Positions 17,444 through 26,644 of a stretch of DNA of 41,450 bases are shown here, in pieces (position 1 is the stretch's first letter; every line of letters starts with the position of its first letter). The stretch spans positions 1 through 41,450 of IMG/VR virus record IMGVR_UViG_3300017646_000178. One strand, given 5' to 3'. Under the pieces are notes generated by a model, which was not told where the DNA came from, searched no databases, and saw only the letters and a list, made by a program, of their open reading frames with translations. A program made the translations under genes and the position numbers. Origin of the DNA: a virus. Its lineage: Duplodnaviria > Caudoviricetes.

Positions 17444-20400
17444 AGCGATCTCCCTCCTTGGGGCACATTGCGGTTGGCACGGAAAACCTGATCTCGGATC
17501 ACGTCGCCGACGATCGTCTGGACGCGGGTGTCGAGACTGACCGGGTCGACGAACACGTTCACGATCGGCTGGCGGGACTCACCAACCGGGGTGATTTCCT
17601 CGCCCCCATGAACGATCGCGTGACGGGCCGCACCGGGCGGTCCGGGCACGGTGCCACCCGTCTGGAAGAACCCGGCGAACGGTGGCACTTCCCGGCGAAG
17701 ATCCTCAAGCCAGCCGGTCAGAACGTCGGTGCCGGACTGACGCAACGCCAACGCCTTCTGCGCGTCGGTCAGTTGCTGCGACAGAAGCTCGGCCCGCTCG
17801 CTGTCGGCGCCGGTTCGGCCACCCGGCTTCATTTCCCCAAGTTCCTTTAAGCGATACTCGACATCGGCGAGAGCCCCGCCCTGGCCGGACTTGCCTACCA
17901 CCTCTTCGAGGGACTGGCGCATCGGGCCGATAGCTGACATGGTTGCGTCCAAAGCCTTTTTGACCCCCGGCACCTTCCACCGCAACGCCGGGTCCTTGCG
18001 GAACTGCTTGAGTTGCTGACGCAAACGGGCCGCCTGACCCTCCATCGCCGGAATGTAATTTTCAAGCATTCCCTTCCGGCGGAACAACAGCCCCCACAGG
18101 CGATTGTTCATGTCCTTCTCGGTGAGGATTTCCCGTTCGGACATTTCCGAGCCAAGCTCCGACCAGTCCGCCCCATGCTCTCGGACCGCGAGCTCGATCT
18201 GTTCCATCAGGATCTCGGTAGCCTGCTCGTTCTCACCGACCCGGTTCCGGAACGGCAACATCCGATCCAGCTTCTTCGCGAGGTTGTTGTTGATCCGGGT
18301 TTTCTTCCGGTCGGCCCGTTTCGATCCCCGATCCCGCACCTTCTCCAACTGCCGGACCAGCCGGTCGTTTTCGTTCTCCCGGCCGTTCAACTCCACCCGG
18401 CCTTCCAGCCGCTTCGCGAGCGTGTACAACTGGCCGGCCTTCCGGTTCGGGTTCGGGATCGACGCGATCTCTCGGACCCGCTGCAGAAACATCTGCTTCT
18501 CGCTGACCTTCCCGCCCGGTGTGACCCCGCCGGCGAGCACGCCACCCTTAGTGACGTTGAAGTTGCCCCACTTCGCGTAGGCGTCAAGGATCTGCCAGTA
18601 CAGACCCGTTTTCGCGACGGGGGAGTTCGCACCCATCGCCCTGGCCATGAGCTTCTGGATGTGCTTCTGCCTGCGCTTTCGAGTGGCCGCCCTGGTTGCC
18701 TGCTGACGCTCCCGCTCAGACATGCCACCGTCGTCGTCACCGGGCCGGACGATTCCCGCGTTTCGAAGGATCTTCGAAGCCTCATAGCCGCCCCGAACAC
18801 GATCCGAAAGGGCAGGCACCCCCGGCCGCTCCCAGTCCTCCATGAAGATGCGGGCGGTGTCGCTGATCTTGTCGGCCGCGTTCAACTTCGACCGGAGGCC
18901 GAAACCACCGTGTTTGAGCATGAAGTTGGTTTGCAGAATCTCATCGGTCCACGATTTGCCCTTCGAGGCAGCGTAGTTCTGCAGGTCGGCCAGCGAAACG
19001 GGCGAGGTCGTGAACCCCCAAAGGCCCCCGCCACCCGTGCCGGTCGAGGCCGGGTTCCACGGCGGCAAGGCCTCACGGTAAGCGTTGCCCAGAATCCCGG
19101 CGGTGGCCCTGAAATCGAAACCGTTGGCTAGCAGGTGCCGGCCCACATTCTTCACGACCCTCACCTGACCGCCCGTGTACAACGCCTGCAACGCGGCAAG
19201 GATGCCGCCCTTCCGCATCGCGACGTGAACATGGTTGTAATGCTCCGCGGCCGCGTACGGGGCAACCTTCCGGCCGTTCTTGATCCCGAACCCGAGCGGG
19301 GTATGGATCAGCTCGAGCAGCCGGGCTCCCCACCGCTGGGCAACGATCTTCGCGAACTTCAACTCGGTCGCGGTTGCGTAACCATCGGAAAGGTCCCGGG
19401 CACGATTCGAGCCGTGATATCCGTCGTCACCCGGCCGGTACCCGGACGTGGTCCGCAACCCCATCGAGTGGCCGAGAGCCTCAATCGTGCCCAGGGTACC
19501 CGGGGCGTTGCCCAACGAGTTCCGGACCTTTTTGACGACCGCTACGGCCGCCTGATGAACCTTGTCGATCGACTTGTTGCCGATCTCCTTCGCCTTCGGG
19601 GTGCCACCCGAAAGCTTTGGCTTCACAATCCCGCCCTCGTTGAAATGCGCGGCCTGCTTCGCCAGAGCCTCGGTCTCGGACGCACCCTCCGCGAGCCTGC
19701 GCTGACCGTCCCACGTGAAAATTTTCGTGTCGACCGGGAACGTCGTCAGGACGTTGTCCGCCGCCGTCGGTCGGCCAGGCACCCTGCCCCACCGGCCATC
19801 GGGGGTCTTGAACACCTCACCCGGCGAAACCGCGACCGGCACCCCACCCCGGTTGAACGACTGAACCCACCGGATCATGCCACCGGCCCGGCGTCGCTGA
19901 ACCGGCCCGAGATTCTTCAACTCGCTGATCGTGTCCTCGGCGTCGGTCTTGATCAGGTCCGTCGACTCGTCCTGCGCCTTCGCGATGTTCCGCCAATTCT
20001 TGTTGGCCGTCTTCCGGACGTTCGTGGTCGCCTCACCGAACTTCTTCGCGCCACCGGTCGCCTTCCTGAACTGCAGAGGACCGATGCTGCCGATATCACG
20101 GAAACCCTGGACGATGTCCTTCGAGCCCGTCGTGACCGTCCGTTTCGTGTTAAGGAACCTTCGGCCCCACTGAAGCTGCCCCGACGTCATCTTGCGAAGA
20201 GACTCAGCGAACTTCGGGCCGATCTGCCTTGCCGCCTGTTCGTAGCTCTTGTTCAGCTGCTTCTGTGCCCCAGCCACCCGCTTCGCGGCGTCGTTGTAGC
20301 GGTCCAACGCCTGTTCCCTCTCCTTCTGGGAAGCGTTGCCCCTGGCCGCCTGGATCAGAGCCTTCCGAGCGTCTCTCAACTCCTGCTGGTTGACGTTCAG

Positions 20401-22398
20401 AACTTCCTTCTGAATCTGAACCGACGACCGCAACGTGCGCTGGGTTGTCTTCCGGGCCGCCCCCTGGAGACGTTCCGCGTTCTGCAGATTCTTCGTCGCC
20501 CGGTACGACCGTTCCTTCGCCCGAGCCAGGTTGACCTCGGCCCGTGCCGACTGAGCCGAGTTCGCCCCGTACCGCTGCTTCGCTGCCGCGGCGGTCCGTT
20601 CGGCCTGGCGCAATTTCGCGGTGGCCTGTCTCTCCCTGGCCCTGGCACGCTCAACCTGCTTCGAGATCCGGTTCAATCCGTTAACCGCGGTCATCTCCCG
20701 CTGCATCGCACGACTGGCACGTTTCGCACCCAGAGCAAGCTGCTGCTCCATCGTGAGCATCGGATCGCTCTTGCCACTGAACAAGCCCGCGATCGAGTCC
20801 GACAGGCCCGCCCCGATCCCGGCACCGATCATGGCGCCAACCCCGGTCCCGACGACCGGGAAGATCGACCCGACGGCCGCGCCAAGGCCGGCACCGGCCA
20901 GCATCCCACCGGCCTTCTCCAAACCCTTCTTCGTGTCGCCCGACACGACCGCCCCCAACGTCTCGCTGATCCCGTAGGTGACTGCCAACGCCGGGAGCGC
21001 CCTTCGCAATCCGAGAAGCAGGGACGAGCCAAGCTGCCAGCCCATCGCACCCATTCCGGCGGCACCTGCGGCACCGCGGCCACGGCCAAACGACCGGGCG
21101 AGATCGAACGCGGCCATGCCCGACTCGAAACCCTTCCGGAACCCACCGGCAACGATCGTGCCCGGTCCCATCCCGGCCGTTTGCAAGGCCGCAAACCCGC
21201 CAAGCTTCGAGAACAACCATGCCCCGACAACAAGCTGGCCGAGGAAGTCCGATTCCAGGAAACCCTCGACGAACGCCCTGGCAACCTGCGGTCCCGCGGT
21301 GCCGGCGGTGGCGACCATGCCCTTGACCATCTCGCCGATCAGGTCAACCACCATCGGGGTCAACTTCCGAATCACCGCCGTTGCATGCGGGACGAGGTCC
21401 TCGAGCGTGTCGAAGAACTTCGGCAGCGCGTCCTCGGCCGCGTCACCAACCTTGTCGATCAGCTCATCGAAGTCCTGGCCTAGCTTCTCGATCTTCTCCT
21501 GGCCCGACATCTTCGGGTCATCCAGGGTCTTGATGAACGTGCCAAGTTCCTCGTTCACCGCCGGCAGGATCGTTGTTGAAAGCGCCCGGAACACGGGCTC
21601 CGAAACGATCCTGAGCAGCTGCTCCGCACCCTTCCGGGCCGACGCCAACTGGAAATTGAACGTGGTGGCCGCCCGCTTGTACCCCTCGCCGTACCGTTTC
21701 TCGAGTCCGGTGTTCAAAGCGTCGATCACCTTGTTGGCGTCGATGCCTTCCTTGCCGATGTTGCGAACCTGATCGGCGGTCAGGCCGAGCTCTTCCTTCA
21801 GAATCGCGTAGGCCGGGATGCCCCGTTCGGCAAGCTGGAGAAGCTCTTGACCTTGGACGCGGCCCTTCGTCTGGATCTGTCCGATCGCGAGCACGATGCC
21901 GCGCATGTCGGCCTCGGACTTGCCCATCGTCACGACGGCCTTGTTGATCGCGTTGAGGGTCGGGAGAACCTTCTTCGCGTTCATCCCGTAGCCAAGGAGT
22001 GTCTTGGCGCCCTCCTGCCATTCCGTCAGTCGGAGTGGAGACTTGTTCGAGATCGTGCGCAGTTCTTCGGTGAAGTCCCGGGCTTTCTGCATCGACCCGA
22101 GCAGCGTCGCCAAGGCAGCCTCGTTCGACTGCCAGGTCGCGTTGAGCTTCACCCCGTACCCGATCGCGGCGGTTGCCGCGGTCCCGGTGATCAAGGTGGC
22201 CCTCTTGACGAACGTGACCAGTTCACGGGCCGACTTCCGCTGCCGGTCGAACGCGGCCTGTGCCGCCGAGTTGACCTTCTCCGACTGAACCCCGAGCGCA
22301 GAAAGACCGGTGGCGGCAACGTTGCTTTCACGAACTACGCTGGCGCCACCGGTCGCGGAGATACGAATGATTAGTTTTTCGGAGGCCAAACGGACCAC
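17440..22398 (-). CDS. Tape measure protein with peptidoglycan-hydrolase-like domains
   Basis: Tape-measure domain (GQIQTKGRVQGQELLQLAERGIP), TM region, SGYRPG..H...D...HYNHVH and AGILGN..RE...WERPG domains. True start may be TTG at ~22389. Confidence 0.92.
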   Translation of the reverse strand: MVRLASEKLIIRISATGGASVVRESNVAATGLSALGVQSEKVNSAAQAAFDRQRKSARELVTFVKRATLITGTAATAAIGYGVKLNATWQSNEAALATLLGSMQKARDFTEELRTISNKSPLRLTEWQEGAKTLLGYGMNAKKVLPTLNAINKAVVTMGKSEADMRGIVLAIGQIQTKGRVQGQELLQLAERGIPAYAILKEELGLTADQVRNIGKEGIDANKVIDALNTGLEKRYGEGYKRAATTFNFQLASARKGAEQLLRIVSEPVFRALSTTILPAVNEELGTFIKTLDDPKMSGQEKIEKLGQDFDELIDKVGDAAEDALPKFFDTLEDLVPHATAVIRKLTPMVVDLIGEMVKGMVATAGTAGPQVARAFVEGFLESDFLGQLVVGAWLFSKLGGFAALQTAGMGPGTIVAGGFRKGFESGMAAFDLARSFGRGRGAAGAAGMGAMGWQLGSSLLLGLRRALPALAVTYGISETLGAVVSGDTKKGLEKAGGMLAGAGLGAAVGSIFPVVGTGVGAMIGAGIGAGLSDSIAGLFSGKSDPMLTMEQQLALGAKRASRAMQREMTAVNGLNRISKQVERARARERQATAKLRQAERTAAAAKQRYGANSAQSARAEVNLARAKERSYRATKNLQNAERLQGAARKTTQRTLRSSVQIQKEVLNVNQQELRDARKALIQAARGNASQKEREQALDRYNDAAKRVAGAQKQLNKSYEQAARQIGPKFAESLRKMTSGQLQWGRRFLNTKRTVTTGSKDIVQGFRDIGSIGPLQFRKATGGAKKFGEATTNVRKTANKNWRNIAKAQDESTDLIKTDAEDTISELKNLGPVQRRRAGGMIRWVQSFNRGGVPVAVSPGEVFKTPDGRWGRVPGRPTAADNVLTTFPVDTKIFTWDGQRRLAEGASETEALAKQAAHFNEGGIVKPKLSGGTPKAKEIGNKSIDKVHQAAVAVVKKVRNSLGNAPGTLGTIEALGHSMGLRTTSGYRPGDDGYHGSNRARDLSDGYATATELKFAKIVAQRWGARLLELIHTPLGFGIKNGRKVAPYAAAEHYNHVHVAMRKGGILAALQALYTGGQVRVVKNVGRHLLANGFDFRATAGILGNAYREALPPWNPASTGTGGGGLWGFTTSPVSLADLQNYAASKGKSWTDEILQTNFMLKHGGFGLRSKLNAADKISDTARIFMEDWERPGVPALSDRVRGGYEASKILRNAGIVRPGDDDGGMSERERQQATRAATRKRRQKHIQKLMARAMGANSPVAKTGLYWQILDAYAKWGNFNVTKGGVLAGGVTPGGKVSEKQMFLQRVREIASIPNPNRKAGQLYTLAKRLEGRVELNGRENENDRLVRQLEKVRDRGSKRADRKKTRINNNLAKKLDRMLPFRNRVGENEQATEILMEQIELAVREHGADWSELGSEMSEREILTEKDMNNRLWGLLFRRKGMLENYIPAMEGQAARLRQQLKQFRKDPALRWKVPGVKKALDATMSAIGPMRQSLEEVVGKSGQGGALADVEYRLKELGEMKPGGRTGADSERAELLSQQLTDAQKALALRQSGTDVLTGWLEDLRREVPPFAGFFQTGGTVPGPPGAARHAIVHGGEEITPVGESRQPIVNVFVDPVSLDTRVQTIVGDVIRDQVFRANRNVPQGGRSL

Positions 22399-22412
22399 CC
22401 CCCAGGGATGCT

Positions 22413-22742
22413 CTAGGGGAGTGCCGCGAGCTGAGGTGGAACCTCCGCGTCGTCACCCCCCTTGGGGATCGTGGGACGCTCGGGGCGTCCATCCGTGGCC
22501 TGCTCATCAACAGCCTCCAGAAGGCCCTCGATCAGCAAAGCAAGCTCCTGTTGAGGCATCCGACGGGCCTGTTCCCATCCGATGCCGAACCGTGTCCGCA
22601 GAAGCAACAGCACGGCCCGGGTGTCCTCGTCGAGGACGGGTTCTACGGTCTGGGCTTCCTCAGCGTCAACCCAGAACGGAAACCATGCGGCAAGGGCCGG
22701 AAAGTCGCTGAGGTCCGGCCCCTCCCGCTTCAGGAAGGTTTT
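22413..22742 (-). CDS. Tail assembly chaperone frameshift extension (T region)
   Basis: The -1 frame is open from the G-gene end (A-AAA-C at 22742-22738) to TAG at 22413. Confidence 0.7.
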   Translation of the reverse strand, partial: KTFLKREGPDLSDFPALAAWFPFWVDAEEAQTVEPVLDEDTRAVLLLLRTRFGIGWEQARRMPQQELALLIEGLLEAVDEQATDGRPERPTIPKGGDDAEVPPQLAALP

Positions 22743-23128
22743 GACAGCTCGATCACCTGCTCCGACACGGAGATGATCTGGGTGGACGACATGCGCCCGT
22801 CCTGGTAGAGCCGGACCATCAGGTCACCGGCCGGCTCGGTGTTGCCGTCGGCCGGTTCGAGCAGCACGTTCATGTACCTACGCTGCATTTCGATCCGGTC
22901 GGCCATCTTGTCTAGCGCGTCCTCGGCAGCGAGATCGTCGTCTTCGGTGAGCGCGTTCAGGGTGGCCTTCGCCTTCTCCATGTACTCCGCGCTGATAGCG
23001 TCGATCTCCTCGTCCACCTCCGCGGTCCGGGCGACCGCCTCGAACTTGTGGACGTCGTTCTCGGGTCCGAGGTCGAGCTTGATGTCAGGCTTGAGTGCCG
23101 GAACCGTGATCCGGGTGATTTTCGTCAC
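22730..23128 (-). CDS. Tail assembly chaperone (G)
   Basis: Acidic helical protein between major tail and tape measure genes. Confidence 0.75.
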   Translation of the reverse strand: MTKITRITVPALKPDIKLDLGPENDVHKFEAVARTAEVDEEIDAISAEYMEKAKATLNALTEDDDLAAEDALDKMADRIEMQRRYMNVLLEPADGNTEPAGDLMVRLYQDGRMSSTQIISVSEQVIELSKPS

Positions 23129-23152
23129 TGTCGTTGCTTCCTTTCGTTTGAT

Positions 23153-23187
23153 CGCGGGGAAACCAGACGGTGCCTGGCTTCCCCGCG
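23153..23187 (-). terminator. Hairpin after the major tail gene (attenuator or mRNA stabiliser)
   Basis: CGCGGGGAAACCAG...CTGGCTTCCCCGCG stem; no strong U-tract. Confidence 0.45.
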
Positions 23188-23209
23188 AAGTTGTCGTGTT
23201 GGGGTTGGT

Positions 23210-24283
23210 CTACTTGTAGGCGGCGACGTCGTTGACGACGGTGACCGTGAAGTCGGACTCCGCGATCTCGTCGTACGAGGCCCGCCAGTCCAGCTGGTAC
23301 TGGTGGCGTGCCTGGTTCTTCAACGTCTCCAGGTCACCGGAGGCGTACTGGGCGTTCGGAGCCTCGATCCACATCGAGTACGGGTAGCCGGCCGATCCGG
23401 ACCCGGACCCGGAACCGCTGCCGGAGCCGCTGGTGCCGGCGATCTCCTGCTCGCTGATCATGGAGCAGGAGACCGCGAACGACTCGGCCGCGACCAGGGC
23501 ATCCCAGTCGGCGCTGTCGAGCTGCCGGCGAGTGATCGACCCGGACAGACGCAGGAACCCTTCCGGGCTGTTGGCCCGTTCGGTCGCGGACGGCCAGCCG
23601 GTCGCGGACCCGAGGTCGCGAACGTACTCGAGCGACTGCTCCAGGGTGAGCTCGACGTTCTCCATCAGCGCGGACCCGATGCCCCAGTCGACCTGGACGT
23701 TGCGACGACGCATCGGCAGAAGCGCGAAAGCGTCGTAGTCGTCCGGGTCACCGTCGCCGGGGTCGGCGGTGAGACGGTTCATGTAGTTCGCCATCAACGT
23801 GGCGTTCGCCTTGACTCCGTCTTCCTCGATCGCAAGCGCGAGCTGGGGGATCGTGACGCCACGGGACCGGAAGAACGTGGACCCGTAGTTCAGGGTCAGC
23901 CTGCCGGACCTGGGGGTCACCCCGGCCTTCTTCTGGAACACGTGCCGGTAGGCGCCGGCAGGGATCGTGTTGCCGTCCGGGTCGGTGATCAGCCCGTCCC
24001 CCGGGGTGGTGGTCACGTCACCTATCAGCACGTACAGGATCGCGCCGAGCGTGTTGACGTAGTTCCGGAGGTTGATCGACCCCTCCGGGGCGTACTCGTT
24101 CGCGGCGAGCGGCAGCGACCCGTCGATGCCTCGCTGCTCGTCGTCACGATTCAGCGGGTTCGGGGCGGGCTGGATTCCCACCTCGGTGGAGGGAAGGAAG
24201 AACGGGGTGCCGAAAACCGCCTGGTCGTTGGTTTCGGTGCCCTGTCCGTTCGTTTCGATTTCGAACTTGGCGTGGCGCGGCAT
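23210..24283 (-). CDS. Major tail tube protein with internal (GS)n loop
   Basis: Position, size, strong AAGGAGG RBS, YRHVF motif; [15 protein letters not shown] insert. Confidence 0.8.
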   Translation of the reverse strand: MPRHAKFEIETNGQGTETNDQAVFGTPFFLPSTEVGIQPAPNPLNRDDEQRGIDGSLPLAANEYAPEGSINLRNYVNTLGAILYVLIGDVTTTPGDGLITDPDGNTIPAGAYRHVFQKKAGVTPRSGRLTLNYGSTFFRSRGVTIPQLALAIEEDGVKANATLMANYMNRLTADPGDGDPDDYDAFALLPMRRRNVQVDWGIGSALMENVELTLEQSLEYVRDLGSATGWPSATERANSPEGFLRLSGSITRRQLDSADWDALVAAESFAVSCSMISEQEIAGTSGSGSGSGSGSGSAGYPYSMWIEAPNAQYASGDLETLKNQARHQYQLDWRASYDEIAESDFTVTVVNDVAAYK

Positions 24284-24333
24284 AGTGGTGCCTCCTTGAT
24301 TTCTGGAAAGCGTTGTTTCGTGGAGGTCGGCTG

Positions 24334-24780
24334 CTACCGCGCCTCGGTGATTTCGACTTGCGTGGCGAACGTGACCCGGATCAAGGGCTGCCCGCTCTTC
24401 GGGGCAACCACGTCCAGGTCACCGGTCGCCATCGCCGTGTCGTCGGCGATACCGCCCAAAGTCTTGTCCTGCTCAAGGGCCAACACCACCTGGTAGGTGA
24501 GTTTCTGCGCCTCCCGTTGCGCGGCCTCGGCGTTCGATCCGAGACCCACCCAGAGACGGGTGGCGTACTGGTAGACCCAGGAACGGCCCCCGAGGGGATC
24601 CTTGATCGGGGTGCCGCCAAGATCAGGCGTTTCGAGTCCCGCTCGAACGAAACCTTGGAACATCTGAGTGACGAGCGGCACCTTCGATGCGGACATGGGC
24701 TCGTAGGGCAGGGACCCTTTCAGACTGTCAATGGTGCCGATCTGGTTGGCGAGACGTTCCGCGATCTCGTCAGGGCTCAC
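24334..24780 (-). CDS. Tail terminator-like protein
   Basis: ALEQDKTLGG motif; precedes the tail tube gene. Confidence 0.65.
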   Translation of the reverse strand: MSPDEIAERLANQIGTIDSLKGSLPYEPMSASKVPLVTQMFQGFVRAGLETPDLGGTPIKDPLGGRSWVYQYATRLWVGLGSNAEAAQREAQKLTYQVVLALEQDKTLGGIADDTAMATGDLDVVAPKSGQPLIRVTFATQVEITEAR

Positions 24781-25229
24781 GACGCACCGCCTGAGAAATC
24801 GTTGGCGATCTCAAGGCCAAGTAGTTCGGCGGCCCGGTCCCCGGTCTGGTCGATCGCTCTCCGGGCATACCGTTTCTCCCGGATCTTCACCTGGCTGGCG
24901 AACACCATCTCACCGTCAATTTCGAACGCGAGGGTTTTCGCCTTGCGGGGCTTGATGATGCCGCCGTACTCGTGAATGGCGGCGTAGATGGGGGCGCCCC
25001 GGCCGAGCACGACCGCCTGGTTGCCCTCCGCTTCCGGGGTCAGAAACGACCGGGCGAGCCGGCGGGTGCCGGGGGTTTCCATGAACCCGATCACGTTCTC
25101 GGACACCTTCCGGCCCACGAACAGGCCGGCCTTCAACAGGCCGCGGCGCACCGACCCGTTTGCCCGGTCGCGCACCCGTTTCAACGCCTCGATCGCGGAC
25201 GGATCCTCTATCTCGGTGTGAATCTTCAT
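24777..25229 (-). CDS. HK97 gp10-like neck/morphogenesis protein
   Basis: YAAIHEYGG...KAKTLAF; start reassigned to MKIHTE at an ATGA overlap. Confidence 0.75.
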   Translation of the reverse strand: MKIHTEIEDPSAIEALKRVRDRANGSVRRGLLKAGLFVGRKVSENVIGFMETPGTRRLARSFLTPEAEGNQAVVLGRGAPIYAAIHEYGGIIKPRKAKTLAFEIDGEMVFASQVKIREKRYARRAIDQTGDRAAELLGLEIANDFSGGAS

Positions 25230-25939
25230 ATGGCGGTCACCCCCGGCCCGGCCTTTTCGTCGGACTCGAGGATTCGAAGCACGTCCGGGGGAATGTCCAG
25301 GATCGACTTCGCGCCTTGCGCGAACGCCTCGGAGAAGTACGCCTTGTCCTTGCGGTGGATGTGCGCGATGAACGACAGCGCCGCCATCCGGATATGGCCG
25401 GGCACCTGGGTGTACCCGTACCGGGCGGTGACCTGAACGAACGTGACCGCTTCGGCCTCGGCGCGGGACTGGTTCGGCCATGCCGTACCGTCCGCGTTCT
25501 GTTGCTGGCCGAAATACCAGCCGATCCCGGTCGCGGGTAGCTGAGTACCGAGAAACCGGATCTGGGATTTTCGATCCTGGCTGGTTGGCTCGGCAATCCA
25601 GGCGTCGGTGGGAAGCTGCCGCCATCCTTGGCCGCGGCTCACCTCGACTTTGGTGACGTCCTGGCAGTCGTCGATGTCGATGGTGGGGCTGTCCCCGAAC
25701 CTCTGGTACTTGCGGGACTCGATCGTGGCGGCCTTGGTGTAGTCGCGGCCGGTGAAGTGAATGATGGTGCCGGTCACCACCGCGATGACGAGATCCAGCC
25801 AATCCTCGGAAGGCTGCTCAACGTCGCTGTCCTCGGCGCCGAGGAACTGAAGCACCGTTTCCGGAGTGACGAGGCCAAGCTCGTCGTCTTCGTCACCCGA
25901 CCCGTTCGGGATCAGGTAGATGTCGCTGCTGGTCGTCAC
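25226..25939 (-). CDS. Head-to-tail adaptor
   Basis: LVT..V..FL, FTGR, VTARYGY..VP..I..A, IP.DV..IL motifs. Confidence 0.75.
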   Translation of the reverse strand: MTTSSDIYLIPNGSGDEDDELGLVTPETVLQFLGAEDSDVEQPSEDWLDLVIAVVTGTIIHFTGRDYTKAATIESRKYQRFGDSPTIDIDDCQDVTKVEVSRGQGWRQLPTDAWIAEPTSQDRKSQIRFLGTQLPATGIGWYFGQQQNADGTAWPNQSRAEAEAVTFVQVTARYGYTQVPGHIRMAALSFIAHIHRKDKAYFSEAFAQGAKSILDIPPDVLRILESDEKAGPGVTAI

Positions 25940-26370
25940 GCGCCCGACCCCGATCCGGAACCCTCATCGGGCGGGTCCAAACCCGGCAGCACCTCTAGCT
26001 CCTCGTAGCTGTCGTGCGGGAACGTGGTGATGAGCGGCCGGTCCTTGTCGTCGGTGCCCTGGTCAACTTCAGCTTCGAGTAGGTAGAGCTGCCGGCTGAA
26101 CGGTGCCTGGTTGGTGTCGGCGGGGGCCGGGGTGTAGGTGATGATCCCGCCCTGTTGATCTTCGACATCAACCTCGCCGGTGTGGACGTGAAGGTCGGTG
26201 CGTTCCGTGATGATCGTGCCGTCCTTGAGCATGGTGCCGGGCTCGAGAGTGGTCTTCATCCACAAGCGGATGACTGCCCCGTCTGGGATCGACCATGGTT
26301 CCCCGTTCATGGTGAGCGGCATGGTGATCGGCGGGTGGGTGTCCCCGGCTTTCATGGTTCGTCTAGCCAT
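25936..26370 (-). CDS. Virion-associated Ig/BppU-like protein with GS tail
   Basis: MKAGDT.P.I...L, G.I.Y....DT, TFP motifs; ends GSGSGSGA. Confidence 0.55.
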   Translation of the reverse strand: MARRTMKAGDTHPPITMPLTMNGEPWSIPDGAVIRLWMKTTLEPGTMLKDGTIITERTDLHVHTGEVDVEDQQGGIITYTPAPADTNQAPFSRQLYLLEAEVDQGTDDKDRPLITTFPHDSYEELEVLPGLDPPDEGSGSGSGA

Positions 26371-26644
26371 TGAAGATTTCACCTCCTGGACGGTCTTCCC
26401 GGACGGTGGTGTTGGGCCGGGGTTCGGGGATTTCCGTGTTGGTCGTGTCTGGTTGGACCGGGGCGCTGGTGGTGGGCTGTTCGATCGTGGCGTCGCTGGT
26501 GACTTCTTCGATTTCGGCGCTCGTTTCGACGTTCTCGATGTTCGCGTCGGCTTGGTCGGCTTGGATGTCGGCGCTGGTGCGGGTGGTGACGGGCTGGCCG
26601 AGCCTGGTGTTGGCGGTGAGGCGGTTGTGAGCGGTGAGACGCAT
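26363..26644 (-). CDS. Low-complexity Thr/Glu-rich hypothetical protein
   Basis: MRLTAHNRL...; TGATG and ATGGCTAG overlaps with its neighbours. Confidence 0.55.
   Translation of the reverse strand: MRLTAHNRLTANTRLGQPVTTRTSADIQADQADANIENVETSAEIEEVTSDATIEQPTTSAPVQPDTTNTEIPEPRPNTTVREDRPGGEIFNG

Noticed and set aside
19135-21483. Long plus-strand ORFs (also 23048-24496, 32037-33389, 18013-19131, 5307-6389)
   Set aside because: Antisense shadows of high-GC minus-strand genes, with no recognisable motifs.
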